Below are positions 10,187-20,179 of a stretch of DNA of 64,000 nt, piece by piece. The translations under genes and the position numbers were made by a program. Location: positions 139,505 to 203,504 of the forward strand of contig JAYNIA010000001.1 in NCBI GenBank assembly GCA_038108555.1, written 5' to 3'. Numbering within the stretch: position 1 is the first letter of the stretch; every line of letters begins with the position of its first letter. The DNA comes from Nitrospinota bacterium. GTDB lineage: Bacteria; Nitrospinota; Nitrospinia; Nitrospinales; VA-1. The notes beneath the pieces are model-generated. The model was not told the origin of the DNA. It was given only the letters and a program-made list of their open reading frames with translations, and did not search any database.

Positions 10187-10861
10187 ATGGGCGAGCTATT
10201 TAATCTTACCAATGCAAATGTCAAACTCTATGATGGGCCTCCAAGAAATATGGACCCTACTTTTGGGTATGATTATTTTGATAACACTCGGGATACCGGA
10301 TATGGAGGATATTATTATGACGGCCGTTGGAAACCGGTTGCGAAAACCATCCTGGAAAAATATAATTTGAAATCCGGTGATCGAATTTTGGATTTGGGTT
10401 GTGGAAAAGGGTTCCTAATTGCCGACCTACTAGAAATTTGCCCGGGCATTGAGGCCAAGGGAATCGAAGTTTCTGAATACGCTATTGAAAACGCCCACCC
10501 TCCCGCAAAACCCCATATTACCCTTGGAAGTGTTGAGAAACTGTCTTACCCAGACAATTATTTTGATGCTGTAATGGGAATAAATGTATTTCATTTTCTG
10601 ACACCAGAAAAAACAAAAATAGCTTTTGAGGAAATGATCCGGGTTAATAAGGATCCCAAAAACCTTTTCGTTCACGTTGACGCTTTTACAGATGAGGTGG
10701 AACAAGAACGATTATTAGCATGGGCACCCATAATTAAAACTATTTATTCCTGTGACGACTGGTTCAAATTATTTAAAGAAGTAGGATACGAAGGGGACTA
10801 TTTCTGGACATTTGTTCGACCCGAAACACCTGAAAAATTTTATGGGGAAGTTAAAAACTAA
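10187..10861 (+). CDS. Class I SAM-dependent methyltransferase
   Basis: ILDLGCGKG; GYGGYYYDGRW N-terminus. ATG 10187 has GGAG upstream (track start is TTG 10172). Confidence 0.88.
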   Translation: MGELFNLTNANVKLYDGPPRNMDPTFGYDYFDNTRDTGYGGYYYDGRWKPVAKTILEKYNLKSGDRILDLGCGKGFLIADLLEICPGIEAKGIEVSEYAIENAHPPAKPHITLGSVEKLSYPDNYFDAVMGINVFHFLTPEKTKIAFEEMIRVNKDPKNLFVHVDAFTDEVEQERLLAWAPIIKTIYSCDDWFKLFKEVGYEGDYFWTFVRPETPEKFYGEVKN

Positions 10862-10902
10862 TCCTGAAAAATTTTATGAAAAATTAAGGCCCATCAAATT
10901 TC

Positions 10903-11310
10903 ATGCATGAGGTTGCTAAAGCTATTTTGCTGGAAAGAGGAAGGTTAGTTTTGCAATTACGAGACAACAAACCCTCGATCGAAACCCCAGGTGTATGGTC
11001 CTTATTTGGTGGAATAATTGAAAAGAATGAAGACCCCAAAGAGGCCATGATTCGAGAAATAGAAGAAGAGTTGTGTATCAAAGTAAAAGATATTAGTTTT
11101 TTGTGGGATTTAACCTTTTACCGGGAAGATGGAGAAAAGATTCTTCATAAGATCTATGAGGCAGATATCACATCCCTTTGGGGAAAACACAGTCTAATGG
11201 AAGGTCAGGCTGTTGGTTCGTTCAGTTTTGACCAGTTAAAATTATTGCGCGTTCCCCCTTTTATTCAACAAGTGGTGGCTCGGTATCAACGAGAAAAAAT
11301 TGCAGAGTGA
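10903..11310 (+). CDS. NUDIX hydrolase
   Basis: Nudix box GIIEKNEDPKEAMIREIEEEL. Confidence 0.9.
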   Translation: MHEVAKAILLERGRLVLQLRDNKPSIETPGVWSLFGGIIEKNEDPKEAMIREIEEELCIKVKDISFLWDLTFYREDGEKILHKIYEADITSLWGKHSLMEGQAVGSFSFDQLKLLRVPPFIQQVVARYQREKIAE

Positions 11311-11319
11311 GAGGTTTTT

Positions 11320-12363
11320 ATGAAAGCTGCTGTCTTATATGAAACCGGAAAACCTATAGTTGTCGAGGACGGAATAGAGATTCCTCCATTGCAAACGGGA
11401 CAGGTTCTTGTGAAGGTGGCATACAGCGGTATCTGCCGCAGCCAATTGATGGAAGTCAAAGGGAAACGGGGAAAAGATGCTTACCTACCTCATCTTCTCG
11501 GCCACGAAGCCTCGGGATGGGTAGTGGAAACAGGGACAGATGTTAAAAAAGTAATTCCGGGAGATAAAGTTGTTTTGACCTGGATAAAAGGTGACGGGGC
11601 TGATTGCCAAGGTGCAAAATACAAAATAGGAAGCACGACTCTAAACTCAGGTGGAGTGACAACATTTAGCAATTATACAGTGGTATCTGAAAACCGGTGC
11701 GTTATCCTTGCAGAAGGAATTCCCATGGAACTTGCAGCACTTTTAGGCTGTGCGATACCTACCGGAGCAGGGATCGTATTCAACACCCTGCGCCCCAAGA
11801 AAGATGCATCGATTGCTATATTTGGAGCAGGTGGGATTGGCTTAAGTGCTATATTGGGAGCAAAAATACACGATTGCTCCCGAATCATTGCGGTTGATAT
11901 AGAAGATAAAAAACTGGCATTAGCAAAAGAATTTGGCGCCACAGACGTAATTAATTGCAAAACTGAAGATGCCGTGAAAAAGATACATCAGATAACAAAT
12001 GGAAAAGGCACAGATTTTTCTATTGAAGCCGCCGGAAAATCAAAAGTGATCGAATCTGCTTTTCAGTCTGTAAAATTCAACGGCGGTAAATGCGTAATTG
12101 CGGGTCACCCGGATTCCCAAGAGCGGATTCAACTTGATCCCTTTGATTTAATTCGAGGTAGAAAAATCGAGGGATCCTGGGGAGGAGAAAGCAAACCGGA
12201 CAAAGATATTCCCCAATATGTAAATTATTACAAAGAAGGAAAACTCCCATTAGAAAGTATGATTTCAAAAATTTATCCTCTTGAAGAAATTAACCAAGCC
12301 ATGGCGGAGCTGGAAAAAGGAAGCGCCCACAGAATTCTTATCCGCATGGATCATCCGAAATAA
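11320..12363 (+). CDS. Zn-dependent medium-chain dehydrogenase/reductase
   Basis: GICRS, GHE, LGCAIPTG, GAGGIG; the four-Cys structural-Zn loop is absent. Confidence 0.9.
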   Translation: MKAAVLYETGKPIVVEDGIEIPPLQTGQVLVKVAYSGICRSQLMEVKGKRGKDAYLPHLLGHEASGWVVETGTDVKKVIPGDKVVLTWIKGDGADCQGAKYKIGSTTLNSGGVTTFSNYTVVSENRCVILAEGIPMELAALLGCAIPTGAGIVFNTLRPKKDASIAIFGAGGIGLSAILGAKIHDCSRIIAVDIEDKKLALAKEFGATDVINCKTEDAVKKIHQITNGKGTDFSIEAAGKSKVIESAFQSVKFNGGKCVIAGHPDSQERIQLDPFDLIRGRKIEGSWGGESKPDKDIPQYVNYYKEGKLPLESMISKIYPLEEINQAMAELEKGSAHRILIRMDHPK

Positions 12364-12401
12364 AAGTGAAATATTTTTCACCAATCAGTAAAGGATAGAT
12401 T

Positions 12402-14186
12402 TTGAATTTTTCCACACTTTCCTGTCTATTAGTATTAGCGCATGGCAAACTCCGCACCCTTTCACTATTGTATGCCCTGGTTATTGGAAGCGCATTTATG
12501 GAATCAATCGGAATTGCTTCGTTTTACCCTCTGGTTGATATGTTTCAAGATCCTCATCAATTGGAGTTTTACCGAAGCAAAGCAGCAGATTGGTTTCCCG
12601 CAATCAAATCCATGGACCGGGAACAGTTTTTATCATTTACCCTTATAGCAGTAGCGGCGCTGTTCATTTTTAAAAACCTGTTTCTTGTTCTTGCAGGCTA
12701 TGGAAATATTAAAGTAGTGACCGACCTTTATTGTTCCTGGATGAACAAAATTTTCAAAATTTACCTGGACAAACCCTATACCTTTTTCCTGGAAAATAAA
12801 GCCGGAGATTTAGCTCAGCGAAAAATCATGCAAACGCAAAAAGCCGCAGCGGCTTTAAGGGTTTTTGTCATGATTCTAGGAGGTGTAACTACTATTCTGG
12901 CGGTATTCTCCATTTTATGTTTTACAAGCCCTAAAATGACTTTAGCGATTATCTCCCTAATGGTTCCTGTTTACTTTATTACAATGAAAGTCTCAGGGGG
13001 AAGGGTTTACAAATCGGGTGGTAGAAATGTTGAACTTGAGAAACAGGGATTCGGTCTTACGACGGAAGTCCTCTCCGGAATTAAACAGGTAAAAGTTTTC
13101 TGCGCGGAAGACCACTTTCAAACAAAAGCTAAAATTATATGGAAAGAACATGCACATAATTTTATTCACAATCAATTTTTAAGTTCTTTACCAAGACCCA
13201 TTCTTGAAACCTTAGTGGTTTTGTGTGGGGTGGGGGCATTGTTTTTATTTATGCAAACCACCGGTCGACAACAGGAGGCGTTTCCAACATTGGCTGTTTT
13301 TGCGGTCGGAATTTATAGAATCCTTCCTTTAGCTGCAGCAACAAGCGCCCAGGTAATGTCCCTGGGATCGTTTCTGCCTTCCGTTGAAACAGTGGCTACC
13401 TTGCTAAACCACGAACCAGACAAAAAACAAGGGTCACCAGCACCTCTAATGACTCACCAAATAGAATTTCAAAATGTTTCTTTTTCTTTTAAAGACAGAG
13501 AGACCGTGTTGGATGATCTTTCCTTAAAATTTGAGAACAATAAATTTTATGGAATCGTAGGGGTATCTGGAAGTGGCAAATCAACCATCGTGGACTTGGT
13601 TGCCGGTTTTTTTAAACCTCAAAAGGGTCGGGTCCTTATAGACAACGAAGACCTGGACAACTTCGATAACAGCTCATGGTTAAGCCAGCTGGGAATTATC
13701 AGTCAGGAAGCTTTCATTTTTAGCGGAAGCATTGAAGATAATATTTGCTTTGGAGTTGATGCAGAGAAAAGAGACCCGGAATTAATGAAAGAAGCAGCAA
13801 GAGTTGCCTACGCCAATGAATTTATTGAACAATTACCTGAAGGATATCAAACCCTGGTGGGGGAAAGGGGTGTAAAACTGTCTGGCGGACAAAGACAACG
13901 ATTAGCAATTGCCAGGGCAATTTATCTGGATCCCCCCATACTCATATTTGATGAAGCTACCAGCTCACTGGATGCAAATTCTGAAAGAAAAGTTCAGGAA
14001 GCCATTGAAGCCTTACATGGCAAAAGAACGGTTCTTGTTGTAGCCCATAGGCTGGTCACCGTGGCAAGCGCAGATCATATCTATGTCATAGAAAATGGAA
14101 GTCTGGCAGAAGAAGGGACTCACGAGGAATTAAAAGAGGGTAGCGGACTATACAGCCGTCTATGCGCGAAACAAAGTCTTGGTTAA
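12402..14186 (+). CDS. ABC exporter, fused permease + ATPase (PglK/MsbA-like, candidate lipid-linked glycan flippase)
   Basis: Multiple TM helices; GVSGSGKST, LSGGQRQR, ILIFDEATSSLD, VAHRL. Confidence 0.88.
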   Translation: MNFSTLSCLLVLAHGKLRTLSLLYALVIGSAFMESIGIASFYPLVDMFQDPHQLEFYRSKAADWFPAIKSMDREQFLSFTLIAVAALFIFKNLFLVLAGYGNIKVVTDLYCSWMNKIFKIYLDKPYTFFLENKAGDLAQRKIMQTQKAAAALRVFVMILGGVTTILAVFSILCFTSPKMTLAIISLMVPVYFITMKVSGGRVYKSGGRNVELEKQGFGLTTEVLSGIKQVKVFCAEDHFQTKAKIIWKEHAHNFIHNQFLSSLPRPILETLVVLCGVGALFLFMQTTGRQQEAFPTLAVFAVGIYRILPLAAATSAQVMSLGSFLPSVETVATLLNHEPDKKQGSPAPLMTHQIEFQNVSFSFKDRETVLDDLSLKFENNKFYGIVGVSGSGKSTIVDLVAGFFKPQKGRVLIDNEDLDNFDNSSWLSQLGIISQEAFIFSGSIEDNICFGVDAEKRDPELMKEAARVAYANEFIEQLPEGYQTLVGERGVKLSGGQRQRLAIARAIYLDPPILIFDEATSSLDANSERKVQEAIEALHGKRTVLVVAHRLVTVASADHIYVIENGSLAEEGTHEELKEGSGLYSRLCAKQSLG

Positions 14187-14232
14187 GAAAATCCCATCCT
14201 GTAGGCAGGCAAATACCTAAACAAACGTTTTT

Positions 14233-14856
14233 CTAATTGGACAGACGTCCATGAAATACTCCTACCTTGGCCAGGAAATCCGTCACAATCTCTATAGATT
14301 CTTCCAGGGTTTGACTGCCGGTATTAATCAAAATTTCCGGATTCTCAGGTTCCTCGTAAGGAGCACTGATCCCGGTAAAATTTAAAATCTCCCCGGCACG
14401 AGCCCGCTTATACATCCCTTTTACATCTCTGGATTCACAAATCTCCAAAGGACAATTACAATAAATTTCAAAAAAATCTTCAGGAGCAAACATCTCCCTT
14501 AATTTTTTCCTCGCGTCTTTAAAAGGAGAGATATAAGCCGCAAGAGTAATAATCCCTGTTTCAATAAACAATTTAGACACTTCACCAATTCGCCTCAAAT
14601 TTTCGTTTCGATCTTCATCTGAAAATCCAAGATCCTTGCAAAGCCCGTGTCTGACATTATCCCCATCAAGAACCAGGGTTTTGTAACCCAACTGGTGAAG
14701 CCTTTCTTCTACCGCATGAGCCAGGGTGGATTTTCCCGATCCCGACAATCCTGTAAACCAAAGTAAAGCAGATCTATGCTTTCCTTGCTGCTCGCGACGT
14801 TCTCGAGTAACCGTTGCTCGGTGGCGAACAATTTTATCTGATGTATGTTTTTCCAA
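14233..14856 (-). CDS. cysC: Adenylyl-sulfate (APS) kinase
   Basis: WFTGLSGSGKST, LDGDNVRHGL, FTGISAPYEEP. Confidence 0.95.
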   Translation of the reverse strand: MEKHTSDKIVRHRATVTRERREQQGKHRSALLWFTGLSGSGKSTLAHAVEERLHQLGYKTLVLDGDNVRHGLCKDLGFSDEDRNENLRRIGEVSKLFIETGIITLAAYISPFKDARKKLREMFAPEDFFEIYCNCPLEICESRDVKGMYKRARAGEILNFTGISAPYEEPENPEILINTGSQTLEESIEIVTDFLAKVGVFHGRLSN

Positions 14857-15369
14857 TATGATTTTTCCCCGACTTAAATACTATTAATTCGTAATCAGTA
14901 ATTTTCTACAAAATGGGAGGATATTTTTTCAATTTTTAATGAATTTATTTATAAACCCGATAGAAAGTTTTTATGAACCGGTGATCTATGGCAACAAAAA
15001 AGAAATGGTTTACTGGAAAGAGGATAGAAAAAACTTATGGTGATTTACCCCTTAAATCGAAACAACGAGCTTTAGAAGAAGCTTATGAACATCTTTGCTT
15101 CTAATTCTTGGCTATTATATTGCAATTTATTAGTAATTTAAATATATTTGTCCTTGTTGCTTTGCCAAGGCTGGCTTTACTTGCTTTTCTTCTCTTATTG
15201 ATCAACCCGTCCCTCTTTTATTTCTATCTAATGCCAAAGGGTGAGAAATTTTTAAAAGGATAAATATATAATTTTCGTTTAGCTTCACAATTGGGAGCAA
15301 ATTAGATTTACCTTCTGTAAAATATTAAATTAAAGAATTTTTAATACTACTGATAAAGGGAAGTGACTT

Positions 15370-16035
15370 ATGGTGCAATTGCCAGATTTTTCCAAGGCTA
15401 TGGAATATGAAAACCATTTTTATATGTCCTGCGACTCCACACGATTATCAAAAGTGATCGCTCAATACGAGTTGTATAAAATGACTATGGATATTCCCGG
15501 AGTAATTATGGAATGCGGGATTTTTAAAGGTACTTCTCTTTCCCGATTTGCCATGTTTCGCCAACTCTTCGGGAACACTTCTGCAAAAAAGATAATTGGT
15601 TTCGATGTATTTGGAAAATTTCCAGAAACCAACTATGAGGAAGATAAAAAAGTTTTAGGCAGTTTGTTTACCGGAGCTGCGGGCGATACAGGAGTCTCCA
15701 AAGAGCAAATGCTGGAAATTTTAAAGAATAAAAACTGTGACGATAATCTGGAATTAGTCGAAGGGGATATTTGTGAAACCTTGCCCAAATATCTTCAGGA
15801 GAACCCACAACTCAAGATTTCTCTCTTGAATCTGGATACAGATATCTATGAACCCGCTGTAACCATCCTGGAATGTTGTTGGGATAGAATTGAATCGGGA
15901 GGAATATTAATCGTAGATGACTACGGCGTATTTCCAGGAGAAACCAAAGCGGTTACCGAATTTCTAAAATCACAACAAGAGACCGTTAAAAAGTTTTACT
16001 TCGCCAAATCCCCTTGCTATATTATTAAAAAATAA
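15370..16035 (+). CDS. TylF/MycF-family O-methyltransferase
   Basis: ECGIFKG, GFDVFG, LNLDTDIYEP, DDYGVFPGE. Confidence 0.85.
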   Translation: MVQLPDFSKAMEYENHFYMSCDSTRLSKVIAQYELYKMTMDIPGVIMECGIFKGTSLSRFAMFRQLFGNTSAKKIIGFDVFGKFPETNYEEDKKVLGSLFTGAAGDTGVSKEQMLEILKNKNCDDNLELVEGDICETLPKYLQENPQLKISLLNLDTDIYEPAVTILECCWDRIESGGILIVDDYGVFPGETKAVTEFLKSQQETVKKFYFAKSPCYIIKK

Positions 16036-16158
16036 GCTCTAACGGATTTTTCCAATCATCAAGGAGTGCCCTTCTTGAATCCTCCTGAGTAAAAATCTTA
16101 TGAGGATCAATTAGGTCATTCTCATTAAACTCATCAAAGATTCTAATTTATTTACACA

Positions 16159-18405
16159 ATGATTATTGAGCACAACATCGCCAAATACATTGTTTTCCAT
16201 GAAGACACGATTTTGCATGCTCTGGGGAAAATAAGCGAAAACGAATCTCGAATTATATTTTCTGTCAGAGAAAATGGAATTTTGGAAGGGGTTTTAAGCG
16301 ATGGTGATTTTCGACGTTGGCTTGTCGAACAAAAAGAAATTAATTTGAATCAACCCGTCTCGGTGGTGAGCAATAAAACGTTTAAAAGCGGCCTAATAAA
16401 TGAAAGTCCGGAGTCACTGGGCCGTTATTTTTCCCACACCGTGGATTGCCTTCCCTTATTGGACAGTCAGGGAAGATTAGTAGCCATTGGAAAACGGGGA
16501 AACGGGAAAATCCAAATTGAAAACAGAGAAATCGATGTCAATGCCCCATCATTCATAATCGCGGAAATTGGAAACAATCATAATGGCAGTTTGATCGAAG
16601 CAAAAAAACTTATTGATGAGGCGGTAAGAGCCGGAGCCGATTGCGCTAAATTCCAAATGCGGGATCTCGACACCTTATACCAAAACAAGGGAAAACCCGA
16701 TGACCCATCCGCAGACCTTGGCCAGCAATATACAATGGATTTGCTCAATAAGTTCCAATTGAAAAATGACGAACTTTTCAGCGCATTTGATTATTGTCAT
16801 GAAAAAGGGATCATCCCCCTCTGCACTCCTTTCGACAAAGCAAGCTTAAACAACCTGGAAAATTATGGATTACAAGGCTATAAAGTAGCCTCTGCGGATT
16901 TTACAAACCATGATTTGTTACAAGCAATGGGGCGAATTGGCAAACCTATGATTTGCTCCACGGGAATGTCAACCGAACAGGAAGTCCGGCAAAGCATTGA
17001 GTTCCTCAAAAAAAATAGCAATATGTATATTCTATTGCACTGCAACTCCACCTACCCCACTCCCCTCAAGGATATAAATTTGGAATACATGGACCACTTA
17101 AGAGAACTGGGAAACTGCATGGTGGGCTATTCGGGACATGAACGTGGCATCAACGTGGTTTTAGCTGCAATTGCAAGGGGGGCAAAAGTAATCGAAAAAC
17201 ATTTTACTCTGGACCGGACTTTGGAAGGCAATGATCATCGAGTCAGCCTGCTACCAGACGAGTTTTCAAACATGGTCAGAGGCATTCGGGAGATTGAAGA
17301 ATCTCTTGGAGGCAATGCCAGCAGAAAACTCTCTCAAGGCGAGCTTATGAATAGAGAGGTTTTAGGCAAAAGCCTTTATATAAATCGCACCATTAAAAAG
17401 GGCGAAATTATTTCCCATGACGATTTGGCAGTTAAAAGCCCGGGACAAGGGATTTCTCCAAACCAAATCGATAAATTGGTCGGTTCTACCGCAGTTCGCG
17501 ACATGGAAAAAGGGGAAATATTTTTTGAGTCTGATCTAAAAAATAAAACTATTGTACCCAGAAAATATTCTTTCAACCGACCGGTAGGCATTCCCGTACG
17601 TTATCATGATTGGGACAAGCTCTCCTCTCCAGCTGATCTCGACTTCATTGAGTTTCACTTAAGCTATAAAGATCTTGAGGAAAACCTTGAAAACTTTTTC
17701 AAAGGACCCCTGGAGCTTGAATTCACGGTTCACTGCCCTGAACTTTTTTCAGGGGACCATGTTCTGGACCTTTGTTCTCAAGATTCTAAATATCGGGAAA
17801 GATCCATTAGAGAAGTTCAAAAGGTTATCGATGTTACCCGAGATCTCAAAAAATATTTCCCGAAAAGTAAAAAACCGGTGATCGTACTTAATGCCGGAGG
17901 TCATACTCAAGATGCCCCGCTAAAAGTTTCTGAACGGAAAAAATATTATGACCTCATTCTGGATAGCCTCTCCAAACTTGACCATAAAGGAATTGAACTC
18001 ATACCACAGACCATGCCTCCCTTTCCGTGGCATTTTGGAGGACAACGGTTTCAAAATCTTTTTATGGACCCACAAGAGACTGCCGAATTTTGCCAACAAA
18101 ACAATTATAGGGTCTGCCTGGATATCTCCCATTCAAAACTAGCCTGCAACCATCACAAATGGTCTTTTAAAAAGTTTGTGGAAGTCGTTGCCCCTTTTAG
18201 TGCTTTGTTTCACATCGTTGATGGGAATGGAGTGGATGGAGAAGGTTTGCAAATTGGAGAAGGGGATGTGGATTTCGTTTTGCTGGGAGAACAATTAGAT
18301 GAACTGGCACCAAACATTGGGTTCATTCCAGAGATTTGGCAGGGCCATAAAAATAATGGCGAGGGATTCTGGATTGCCCTTGATAAACTGGAACAGTGGT
18401 TTTGA
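16159..18405 (+). CDS. NeuB-family ulosonate synthase with N-terminal CBS, SAF and C-terminal sugar-isomerase-like TIM barrel domains
   Basis: GVLSDGDFRR (CBS); IAEIGNNHNG, KFQ, LHCNSTYP, GYSGHE, EKHFTLD (NeuB); KSPGQG (SAF); EFHL, LDISH, HIVDG, PEIWQGH (TIM). Confidence 0.9.
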   Translation: MIIEHNIAKYIVFHEDTILHALGKISENESRIIFSVRENGILEGVLSDGDFRRWLVEQKEINLNQPVSVVSNKTFKSGLINESPESLGRYFSHTVDCLPLLDSQGRLVAIGKRGNGKIQIENREIDVNAPSFIIAEIGNNHNGSLIEAKKLIDEAVRAGADCAKFQMRDLDTLYQNKGKPDDPSADLGQQYTMDLLNKFQLKNDELFSAFDYCHEKGIIPLCTPFDKASLNNLENYGLQGYKVASADFTNHDLLQAMGRIGKPMICSTGMSTEQEVRQSIEFLKKNSNMYILLHCNSTYPTPLKDINLEYMDHLRELGNCMVGYSGHERGINVVLAAIARGAKVIEKHFTLDRTLEGNDHRVSLLPDEFSNMVRGIREIEESLGGNASRKLSQGELMNREVLGKSLYINRTIKKGEIISHDDLAVKSPGQGISPNQIDKLVGSTAVRDMEKGEIFFESDLKNKTIVPRKYSFNRPVGIPVRYHDWDKLSSPADLDFIEFHLSYKDLEENLENFFKGPLELEFTVHCPELFSGDHVLDLCSQDSKYRERSIREVQKVIDVTRDLKKYFPKSKKPVIVLNAGGHTQDAPLKVSERKKYYDLILDSLSKLDHKGIELIPQTMPPFPWHFGGQRFQNLFMDPQETAEFCQQNNYRVCLDISHSKLACNHHKWSFKKFVEVVAPFSALFHIVDGNGVDGEGLQIGEGDVDFVLLGEQLDELAPNIGFIPEIWQGHKNNGEGFWIALDKLEQWF

Positions 18406-18551
18406 TTTCCAGTAATTAGCCGACCTTTTTGCCCGACTTGGATTTCCAAATTTTAATTCCATCAGGAATCACCCCTGGCATTTAATTTCAAAAAAAGCAC
18501 TCGGGAATAAAATTTTAAAAATAATATCTTTCCTACCAGTAATAGGACTAG

Positions 18552-19136
18552 ATGAAAAAACAAATATTCTTTGAAAAAAAAGCTGTGATCTTTGACCTTG
18601 AGATTACTGCATGGCCAGGGACCAGTGAAAGAAACTGGAGCAAGCCAAACGAGTATAAAGAAATAATTCAAATTGGGGCTGTAGCAATAGAAACAGAGGG
18701 GTCTATGCGGGAAATTGGAAGTTTTCACATATTGATCCGCCCCATAAAAAACCCTCAACTAAGCGATTACATCATCGATTTAACGGGAATAACCCAGGAT
18801 ATGATTGATAGAGAGGGCGTCCCTTTTCCAAAGGCCTTATCCCGTTTTACTAAATTTATTGGAGAAGATCCTATACACATCTTTTGTAACGGAGATGACT
18901 CAGATGTTATTGCAGAAAATTGTAAAATCCATGGAATGGAAATTCCCACGGTGTTCAGACAATCTTCAGGTTTGAGGCTGTATTTTTCAGAGACTCTGGG
19001 GTTGCCCGAAAAAATATGTAACAGTGCCCAGCTTCCCGAATTGTGCGGGCTGGTCAATAATGAAAAAGCTCATAACGCTTTAGGTGATGCCAGATCAATC
19101 TCTCAAGCGTTAAGACATTTGCAAAGAAAAGATTAA
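18552..19136 (+). CDS. DEDDh 3'-5' exonuclease family (ERI-1/KapD-like)
   Basis: FDLE, EIIQIGAV, LTGITQ, HNALGDAR. Confidence 0.85.
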   Translation: MKKQIFFEKKAVIFDLEITAWPGTSERNWSKPNEYKEIIQIGAVAIETEGSMREIGSFHILIRPIKNPQLSDYIIDLTGITQDMIDREGVPFPKALSRFTKFIGEDPIHIFCNGDDSDVIAENCKIHGMEIPTVFRQSSGLRLYFSETLGLPEKICNSAQLPELCGLVNNEKAHNALGDARSISQALRHLQRKD

Positions 19137-19263
19137 GCCCATTAGGGAAAACCTCAGTTTGTCCACCCGGTTGGGAAACATTTGGAATATTAGAGATGCA
19201 TATGGATAACATTTCGTGTAGGTTGTACTGGCTAAGGAAAAAATCTTTTTAAAAAAGGAAAAT

Positions 19264-20016
19264 ATGAGCGAAAAATTATTAAATTTAATTGAAATGATCG
19301 ATGTTTCAGAAATTGGAGAAAGAAACCTTAGCCATTGCGCAACCAATTCTTCCATTTTGGTGGTGAAAAATTTTCTCAGCGCGGATTATATTTCCAAAAA
19401 TCTAAATGAAATCAAAAATAACTTCCTCCCCGAAAACGATTGTTACAAAACAGGTCCGTTAAAAGTAGGGATGCCGAATTTTCAACGCTTCGATATGGGA
19501 AACCACCCATCGAAAAATCCTAAATGTCTTCGCGCTTTCACACTCTTCACCTGGGCTGAAAATTCCGCCTTCAAGGATGGAGTAAATAAAATGATGCAGT
19601 TTAGGGATGAGCATTTTTCACTCCCCGACTACATGAAAAACAATGATGACGAATTTGAGTTTAAGGATTATCCCAGGATCGTACAATACCCGACCGGGGC
19701 AGGATTTTTAAATGAGCATATCGATGAAGACAAGGAGTTATATCCTGCGGGCACACCCAATATGCTGGTGTGTTTGACTTGTAGAGAAAAACCGGACAGA
19801 AAAGGAGATTTCAAACGAGGCGGATTATATTACATTCACAATGGCGAGGAGTTGGATGTAGAAGAGTTTCTTGATGTAGGCGACCTCTGCATTCACAACC
19901 AGAAAGTTATGCATGGCGTAAAAACCGTGGATTCAGGCGAAAAGCCCAAACTGGATAATTTTTCCGGAAGGTTTATGCTCCTGCTATCAATTTATAGATT
20001 TAAGAAACAAGAATGA
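19264..20016 (+). CDS. Putative 2OG-Fe(II) oxygenase superfamily protein
   Basis: QYPTGAGFLNEHID (HxD), GGL, MHGV distal His, terminal R in GRFML. Confidence 0.65.
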   Translation: MSEKLLNLIEMIDVSEIGERNLSHCATNSSILVVKNFLSADYISKNLNEIKNNFLPENDCYKTGPLKVGMPNFQRFDMGNHPSKNPKCLRAFTLFTWAENSAFKDGVNKMMQFRDEHFSLPDYMKNNDDEFEFKDYPRIVQYPTGAGFLNEHIDEDKELYPAGTPNMLVCLTCREKPDRKGDFKRGGLYYIHNGEELDVEEFLDVGDLCIHNQKVMHGVKTVDSGEKPKLDNFSGRFMLLLSIYRFKKQE

Positions 20017-20057
20017 ATTGAATACCCCCCGAACAAAGCCTCTTTCAAAGTTAAGAC

Positions 20058-20086
20058 TTGCCAAACCTATCCCTTTTCCCTATTCT
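20058..20086 (+). promoter_or_regulatory. Candidate sigma70 promoter for the FkbM gene
   Basis: TTGCCA, 17 bp spacer, TATTCT. Confidence 0.45.
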
Positions 20087-20179
20087 TCCTTTTCCTTTGT
20101 GAGTAACAGGAGAAGCTGAAGACCTCAAATGGGGCAGCTATCCTCAAATAATTACCCTGATCCTATTTAAATTTTTATT

